The notes beneath the pieces were generated by a model, which saw only the letters and a program-made list of their open reading frames with translations, ran no database searches and was not told the origin of the DNA. Of a DNA stretch of 64,000 bases, positions 37,636 through 64,000 are shown piece by piece (within the stretch, counting starts at the first letter, position 1; every line of letters starts with the position of its first letter). The translations under genes and the position numbers were made by a program. Source of the DNA: Macrostomum lignano (taxonomy: Eukaryota); NCBI GenBank assembly GCA_002269645.1, contig NIVC01000004.1:248001-312000 (forward strand). The letters run 5' to 3'.

Positions 37636-37869
37636 TGGAGCTGGTGGAGACATAAGTTGGGGCTGCAGATGTCAGAAAAGTATACTCAGCAACATTCAAA
37701 AGTTCCACCCTCCAAATTGCGAAAACTTCACACTCACAATTCAACCCTCAAGTTACGCAACTATAAAGCCGCCGCGAGGAAAGGAAAGTTGATTGAATAT
37801 CAATACTCGTAGTAAACGTCAGTCGCAAAATCTTAAATTTCTTATGCAATATTCAGTTAGAATCGCGAT

Positions 37870-38230
37870 GTGTGTAGGATCCCCTCGCACGCAGAAGTGC
37901 GGCGACTCTGCGGGGCATCCCAAGGATGAGGCGGCGCAGAAAGTCCTGGGGAAGCTGCTCCGAAGCGTTTTCAATGGCATGACGCAGAGCTCTCCGCAAA
38001 ATGCATGGTGGATTCTATTTTCGAATGTTGCGTTTTAGGAAGTCCCCAGACATGCTCGATGGGATTCATGTCTGGGGACCGGGGCGGCCAGCGCAGAGTG
38101 CGCAGCTGTAGCTGTTCTTTCGGTTGACTGACAGCATCGGCTTGGTGTGGCGGCGCGTTGTCCTCCTGGACCATTAAGCAGACCCAAGCCACCCCCAAGC
38201 GGCAATAAGCTTTGCGCGTGCCGTATGTTG
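37870..38230 (-). pseudogene. Tc1-family (DD34E) transposase C-terminal fragment
   Basis: EDNAPPH...WPPRSPDMNPIEHVW with 34 residues between D and E; after a frameshift it continues as LRRLILGMPRRVAALLRARG. Confidence 0.85.
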
Positions 38231-38396
38231 CGTCACTCGCAATAAGTGAAAAAATCATCTCGCTTTTGACTGTTGCTGAGTATGCATATACGCTCGTAGA
38301 AAAAATGATTTCTTTCCAAGGGAAAGCTGTTAGTAAGACTAAAACCCTTTACCTATATATTCTGAATGTAACTACAGCAATAACAGCATATATAAC

Positions 38397-38949
38397 TAGG
38401 GATTGCAATCCCGGGATCCCGGGATCCCGAAATCCCGGGATTGGGCCTAAACCCCGGGATTTCCAGTCCCGGGATTCGGGACCCCAAATCCCGGGACTAA
38501 TTTTTGTTAATATTTTTACAAAAAGTGCTGTAACATAAACATAATTAGGCCCACAACTAGTTTATTATACTGCGCTAATTTCCGTTAATTGCCTCACGTC
38601 GTGTGGCACCTTTTTAAACCCCGCATCACAGATTTAAATGTGAAATGAATTCCAATTTAAATTTTGATATGATTTGCTTCTTTACTACTAATTAGTACAT
38701 TTATACTACTTACTTCAATAGGTCACAAGATCATGCTGTTTATCATCTACAAATAGATCATTATCTCTATAAAAATAAAAAAAAGTAAGCAAAAAAGCGT
38801 TTAGCGCATATTTTGCCTGAAAATTTCAACCTAGAAGCATAAAAATCTGTATTATTCTGATCCCGGGATTCAATCCCGGGATTGGCCAAATTCCGGGATT
38901 AAATCCCGGGATCCCGGGATCACAAAAATCCGGGATTTTGCAATCCCTA
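38397..38949. mobile_element. Non-autonomous hAT element, 553 bp
   Basis: TIRs TAGGGATTGCAA / TTGCAATCCCTA, subterminal CCCGGGAT repeats, 8-bp TSD TATATAAC on both sides. Confidence 0.92.
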
Positions 38950-39118
38950 TATATAACGTTTGCTGGAAGCGAAAGCCTTACATTTACAAGTGGTTGCTTC
39001 TAAAGTGAAAAAGCAGCGATATTACAAATTAACTTCGAATTTTCGAAATCTAAGAATGAAACAACTCCAGCTGAGTAGCAGCGCCTCATGCACAGGTGGC
39101 TTCGTTTTAACAAGAAAA

Positions 39119-57866
<18,748 letters not shown>

Positions 57867-60800
57867 CCCAGCGTCCTAGGATCCAAAAGCGATCGGTAAG
57901 AAGGAAAAAAATAATTAAAAAATGAAATTTGGAACTGTATCACAGGATTCCAGGCCGGGCGTGTTTGCTTAGTGAAAGCGCGGATTCAGCGCAGGCGAAG
58001 GTTTAAGACAGATGCGCGCCTCCTTCAGCCAGCCCCGCCATTGGTCCGGCCAGCTTTGCCAGCAATTGGGCAGCGCCAAACTTTCAAGCCTCCCCGCTTT
58101 CCCCAGGCAGTGGGGCGCAGCGCCTTTAAATGTGTCATTTTCTGCATCGCGTGACAAACTGACACGAACAGCCGTGGCAGCAGTGCGTTTGGAATTTTTT
58201 TAGCTTTGAAATTTAGTCTCCGGGCTCTGACTGCCTGCTTCGTTGAGAGGTCTCAGAGATGCTTTTCTGGGCTGGCTGCACTCATGTGGGACTGTCTCAT
58301 TTGCATTCGTTTCTTGTAAGTTGATACCCTCTCAGTTTCCGCTGTGACTTTCTGCTAAGGTGCAGCAATGCGTTCGGTAACTCTACACCTGGAGCCAGTC
58401 TCTCCTTCTCCCACGTTCCTCCGGTCACTCCACTTCACTTCACTCTCGAGCAGCAAGTTGGCCCCAGCTCGCACCCTCTCCACGGCTTGCGGCTCCACTT
58501 CGGCGCTCGGCAACAAACAGCACTGGTCGGAGCTCTCGGCCTCATCTTGTCCTCTTAATTGACACTTGCTTTCTCGGTAAAGCAAAAAACAATTGTATAG
58601 AGTTGTGGAGAAATTCCCTTATGAATTCCGATTGGGGCCCGCTCGTGGTGCGAGCACAGGCGTCTTATAAGCACTCTTGTGTGAGAAGAATTGGGATATT
58701 TGTGTGACTCATGCAAGCAAATTGCTCTCATTGATTGTCTCGTAAACAACTCGAAAATTTGCTGTTATTGCCCTGATGCTTTTCTGAAGATTTTTATGCA
58801 TATTTTCGCTTTCTAAAAGCTATCGTATGTCTCTGCATGGAGCTTCATATTATTACTGTCTGAAAAAAGAAAATGTGTTTAAATTAAGCTCTTGTACTCG
58901 TAATTTCATTGCCTCAGCTGCTTTGAAGAGAGACCGGAGTTACTGTCGCAGTACTCAGTGAAACGATAAATTAATGCTTTTAGAGCTGCGCCTGGCTCCA
59001 ATTCGAGAGATTTCGATGGTTTCTCTAAGTGACAAAGGATCGGCCTCGACTCGAAATTGTCCGAAAATTAGAGTTATGCGTTGCTCATTCTAAAAGTTAT
59101 AGGATAATTGTAACGTGAGACCACACACACAGTCCCCCCACGCCGATTCGTGCACATCCTTTTTAACCAAGAAGTTAGAGATTCGAACTGGTCTAAAATG
59201 GGTCCGGTAAACTGGATGATAATATGCAGAGTCGAGTTTATTTCTTACTATCAGTATGAAAAAGCATCATTGATGGTATAGTGGTAGTGCAGCTTTGCGC
59301 CGCAAGGGTCAATTGTGACTATTTTCCTGTGAGAAATTTCTCAACCGCAGATGCAAAGAGGGTCTAGACTACTACCGGAGTGTAACTCATTCTAATAGCG
59401 GTCCTTTGACTGGGCTATATAGTTTTACGAGAAAAATAGGGAGGTGCATAAATTTTACTACCGGAACTAACCAGTAAATGCACCAGGAAATCAAAAGTTG
59501 GTCGAATTTCTACTTGAAAGTGGACCAAAAATTCACATTTTAATCATCCAATTTCCATTTCCATGTTCTATTTCCATTAATCTAAGAGGTTCAAGCTAGG
59601 TAAGGGATCGGGAGTCAGCCGACCCTAGAAATATTCTTGATTTGCGCCTGCAAGATTTTGAGGAAATTATATAGAATTAGTAAAGACCTAGGAATAATTA
59701 CAAACATACATATCTTAATATTTGGTCAGCTACATGAAAACTGGATTATAATCAAGGACCACTAGTAACACTTCGTTTTATCGTTACACTTCAAGTCTAG
59801 TAGTCCTTGATTATAATGCACCTAAGACGAAAAAAGTTGCTACAATATAAAAGTTGTCGAGACTTCCGGACTGTTTAGTGTAGACACTGCATGTAAACAA
59901 ATACAAATACAATAAATATATTTTGTGCAAGCAGCTGGCCTAAAAGCTAATCCCATTAATAAGTTTAACACGTATTAAGACTGAAAAGCTTGAAAAGAGA
60001 CAAATCAAGAAAAGAATATAATAACATTTTTATTTATAGAGAAAATTCAATTATGTTGTATTATATATTAAATATCGTAGGGTTTCCGAGGGATAGAGTA
60101 TTTCACGTGCCGTCGTGACATTAGTAGTTAAGGTGGCTATATACTCCTAATCTATGTACTATTTCCTTGCAACTTTAAAACATCATCTATTTAGTTTCAT
60201 GCACATACAAAGACAGAAAAGTATATATTTTACCTATTGCAAGATGGGGTTTACTTAATTCTTTAGCAATAATAAAATTCTTAAACTTATTTCACTATGA
60301 AACAAATTAACACTAATTTTTCAAGAATATAAGAAACCATCTTATTTTACAGTGTCGCAAAATCCTTGTCATAATAAAATGCACAATAAAGTTTTAATTT
60401 TAACAATAACATTTAACATTAATTATGCCATTTTAAATATGCTATTTTAAATTCAGCTTATTAAATAAACTTAAAAATTACAACACTCGAATTAAATTGT
60501 ACCCTGATTACTATTTAGAAATTAGGCTGAAATGACCATTTGATTTACTGTCCTAAATGATCATAATTATGTACACATCTTATTTTTAAGTATATAAGTA
60601 ATTCATACTTGTTGTTGAATATAACTTTGGTATTCACTTTCATAAAAGTGTGTTAAAGATGTATTTTCTAGTTAATTTTCTATAGATGCTAGATTATCTT
60701 AAAAGTAATTTAGATATATGGTTTTAAGCTTAAATTCTTAAGGTAAGTTTTTAAAGGAGCAATAATTACCTATAATTGATATCAATCAACTTTCAGAAGT

Positions 60801-61114
60801 ATCTGGTGCAGATACTGATAATATTTATTGAAAATGTTATTAAAATATACAGAATATATATTTTTAATTCTCTTAGCCAATAGCTATCTATATATATATA
60901 TTACTAATGGTCAGGACAGTAGCGCAACCAGAAATTTTTCAAGGGGGGCGGATTCTGAGGGTAAAGTCCCCGGAGGGGGGGGGCAGTGGAGGGGTGGCTT
61001 TGTTTTTGGCAAAAATTCGCTTGGTCCCCCCTTTGGTTTTTTTCGGTCCCCCGCCTAAGGTAGTTTTAATTGTTAATATATCATATATTTTCACAGAGCT
61101 CAGAAACAAAAATC

Positions 61115-61252
61115 ATGAGCACAGAGACATCAGGTGATGCAGCCCTGGCTGCTCAGCTGGCCCAAATGGAGATGGGAGGAACAGCAGTGGCTGGGCAGGG
61201 ATCTCAGCAGCAGCCACCAGCTCAGCAGCAGCAGCAGCAGCCACCACCAGCT

Positions 61253-61284
<32 letters not shown>

Positions 61285-62330
61285 ACCACCAGCTCAGCAG
61301 CAGCAGCAGCAGCCACCACCAGCTCAGCAGCAGCAGCGACAGCACAATGGTCTAGCGCCAGAACATCTAACAAAGCTACGCGCTGATGTTAATGTTGTTC
61401 AAAAGAATGCCACAGTGAGTCATAAACTTGTTCTGTTTTTATTAGTCAGTCAGGCGTTTCGCAGCCAGCGAGGAGGCAAGCGGTTTTGCTCATTCCTCTG
61501 ACCCCTGACCGCTCATACAATGTGTACAGCGGCCTGAAATTGTCGTGTTGTCATGGGCGGGAGTCGCGTGCCGCCAGGTTTTCGTGCACGAGTCGGCTGC
61601 TCCCCTTTCTGTGTTTTATTTGCCTTCATTTTTCCTTATCGCCGCTTAGGTGTTTGCCGAGATGCTGGCCGAGCAGGAGGATCCGGCGGTCACGCCGGAG
61701 GCTGACGCGCAGCTGCTGCGAGAACTGGCCGGCACCAACCAGCAGATGCAGGCCCGCATGCTGGAGCTCATCGGCTACCTGGGCGCCGTCATTGGCGGCC
61801 CCAGCGGCGGCGGCAGCGGCAGCGGCAGTGGCGGCGGCAGCGGCGGCAGCGACAGCCCCGGCCAGCTGCTAGAGGACCTGCTGCGGCTCAACGACCAGCT
61901 GAACGACTCGCTGCGCCGCTTCGATCGGCTCCGGCGGGCCTGGCAGGACCTGGCCAGCGGCGGCTCCTTCAACCCCATGTTCGACTTGGCCGAGACCACC
62001 GCGCCGCCGGCGTCTCAGCATCCGCCCCCAACGCATCCGCCCCCGGCGAGTCGACCACAGGCTTCCAATCCGCCGCCAGATTTTCAATCGCGGCCCGCTG
62101 ACGCCCCCGTGGCTGCCGCCGCCGCCACCGCCGCCCCTGCTGCCCCTGCTGCCGCCCCTGCTGCCGCCACCGCTGCCCCTGCTGCCGCCACGGCCCAGGC
62201 TGGCAATCCGGGCGGCCTACCGGACTCGGAGAAGGAGCTGGCCGAGATGGAGACCTGGATGGGGCAGGGCGGCGGCGGCCTGTTCCCTGCTGGCGGCAGC
62301 TCGGACTCGCCCGCTGTCAGCGGCAAATAG
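61115..62330 (+). CDS. TOM1-family GAT-domain protein, about 326 aa; exons 61115-61414 and 61650-62330; no VHS exon found
   Basis: HLTKLRADVNVVQKNAT|VFAEML...AQLLRELAGTNQQMQARMLELI...QLLEDLLRLNDQLNDSLRRFDR aligns to the TOM1 GAT domain; the C-terminal ELAEMETWM resembles the TOM1 ExIExWL box. Phase-0 GT-AG intron. Confidence 0.8.
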
Positions 62331-63402
62331 GGGCCTCTGACCGATGCGAATTCCAAGTTATTCACCCGCTATTGGCTATTTGCACAGGCCACTGCCAAGG
62401 GGAGCCTGGACTGGCTTAGTGTGCTAAAGGACTTCTATTAGGGCGACTGGATTAGAAATTGAAATGAAAAAGCATAAAATCAATGACAAAAAAGTAATTA
62501 TGTTGTTTGCTACACAGGTATCTTTTGATGAGAAATTCTTTTCTAATCTTTTTTGAGTTTTTTAAGCGATTTGGCGTTCGTTCCCTGTTCTCATTTAGAA
62601 GTCCATGAGTGGGCAACTCCACAAGCACCGGCCCGCCCCCACACACAGTGCCCTCTTGCCTGCTGCAGATGCCAATGTTTGTGTATCTGTTTGAATTGCT
62701 CGAACACTTTCTCCCGCCGATCCGGACTGCACGCTTTGCAACTCTGATAGAGAGAGCCTTCCGCATGACACCGCCGTGTTTTAAACGGCTTTCGCTATTC
62801 AGCCTACTGCCAGTAGCCCCAATTGTATCTCTGCTATGATAGCTTACATGTATATTTATTTAACATTATTAATCATTGGATATAAACTGCATATGCTTTT
62901 TGGTAAAAAATATACACAGTAAGATTTTATAGTTATGACAATCTGCACGCAATAATGATGAATATCGCCGATTCCCATCTGCCCTCTCCGCCCCTCCCAG
63001 TCACGGCCTTCAGCTGCTCATTTTTGCGCTTCAATCGGCCCCGGTTAAGCAATTATCGCCACATTCAATTTTTTAGTCTCGCCGGGCCGTCTGGCTCTGC
63101 GACCAGAGGTCTGATGCGGCTTCTGAGTCTGTATTAATTTCATTATTGCAGTAGTTCGCTGCTTGTCACTTTCCTGGGCGTCATTAATAGAATCACTTTA
63201 TTATGCTTATCAGTTTAAAATACACAAATACACTCATTCGCTCTATACTGGTCTGCAGAAGTTCTCTATTTGAATTAATATACTTTAAAATAATGCTCAG
63301 GTCATTTTAAAACTCCCAGCTTTCTACTGAAAGTAGTGCAAGAGTCTGCAGTAAATTTCAATTGATTTGAAGACCAAACCGGTTCCAGATCGCAGCTCCA
63401 CA

Positions 63403-63805
63403 ATGCAGGCCGCCACGGACAAGCTGGAGGGCGAGGCGCTGAGCTCCTGCTTGCGCCAGCTGGTGGTCAACTGCGAGCCGCTGCTGCGCGAGGCCTCCGG
63501 CCAGGAGCAGGTGGACGAAATTCTGCAGCACTTGGAGGAGAATGACGAGAATTTTCATAAGTTAGTGTCCAACTCTCTCTTTGAACTCGTGTCCCTACTA
63601 TCATTTGCAAATTACAATGGCTGGAATCGCTCCCTGCTGTTTTATTCAGATACGAGCTGGTCAAGGCCCTCCGGCAGCGGCTCAACCAGGTGATAGAGCC
63701 GCTGATTGATGAGGAAGAGCAGATGCTGAGCGTCAGTCGGCCTAGAGTAGACGAGAGCGGTGACGTCATTGACAGCATCACCGAGAGGATTTTTAACTCT
63801 GACGA
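63403..63805 (+). CDS. TBC1D32: TBC1D32/Broad-minded homologue, first two coding exons 63403-63560 and 63650-63805; continues off the window
   Basis: EILQHLEENDENFHK|YELVKALRQRL closely matches the TBC1D32 N-terminal motif [27 protein letters not shown] (recalled from memory); phase-2 GT-AG intron. Confidence 0.85.
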
Positions 63806-63829
63806 GTGAGTTGCTTGGTGTGGTGACCT

Positions 63830-64000
63830 GTGGGAGAGGTGGTGAGGCACTGGGAGAGGCAGCGGTGAAGGCACTGGGAGAGGTGGTGAGGCACTTGGAG
63901 AGGCACTGGGAGGGCACTGGGAGAGGCAGTGGTGAAGGCACTGGGAGAGGCAGCGGTGAAGGCACTGGGAGAGGCAGCGGTGAGGCACTGGGAGAGGCAG
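63830..64000. repeat. About 24-bp minisatellite (gcactgggagaggcagcggtgaag)n in a TBC1D32 intron
   Basis: Seen directly; truncated by the window end. Confidence 0.9.

Noticed and set aside
59264-59310. tRNA-Gly-like 5' half (cattgatggtatagtggtag)
   Set aside because: A box only; no anticodon stem, B box or acceptor stem.
59745-59817. 15-bp inverted repeat ATTATAATCAAGGAC / GTCCTTGATTATAAT
   Set aside because: Possibly a tiny MITE or hairpin, but a single copy with no clear TSD.

Overview
Eukaryotic (animal) genomic DNA. GC- and CpG-rich exons with short introns, minisatellite-filled introns and AT-rich transposon graveyards suggest a free-living flatworm such as Macrostomum; this is an inference and was not checked. 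Seven protein-coding genes can be built from splice sites and recognisable motifs: ACOT8 (minus, partial), beta-tubulin (minus), RERE/Atrophin (plus), a class IIa HDAC (plus), a ~1276-aa nephrin/Sns-like 9-Ig+FN3 receptor (minus), a TOM1-like GAT protein with no visible VHS domain (plus), and the 5' end of TBC1D32/Bromi (plus). There is also an intronic tRNA-Leu(CAG). Mobile DNA includes a near-intact Gypsy element inserted into the terminal repeat of a mariner, a second Gypsy 3' fragment, mariner/Tc1/Helitron relics, three hAT non-autonomous elements with 8-bp TSDs, an unclassified element with a 6-bp TSD, and a Penelope-like fragment carrying a minimal hammerhead ribozyme. Most notable observations: (1) eight perfect MEF2 sites in 3.3 kb directly downstream of the MEF2 co-repressor HDAC gene; (2) an apparent RIP-like CpA/TpG->TpA bias in decaying repeats; (3) a 48-nt piece of the RERE atrophin motif captured in the neighbouring Penelope insertion; (4) a candidate single-nucleotide exon in nephrin; (5) ACOT8 possibly taking its start codon from a spliced leader. 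All gene models were made by hand, with no database or RNA-seq support.
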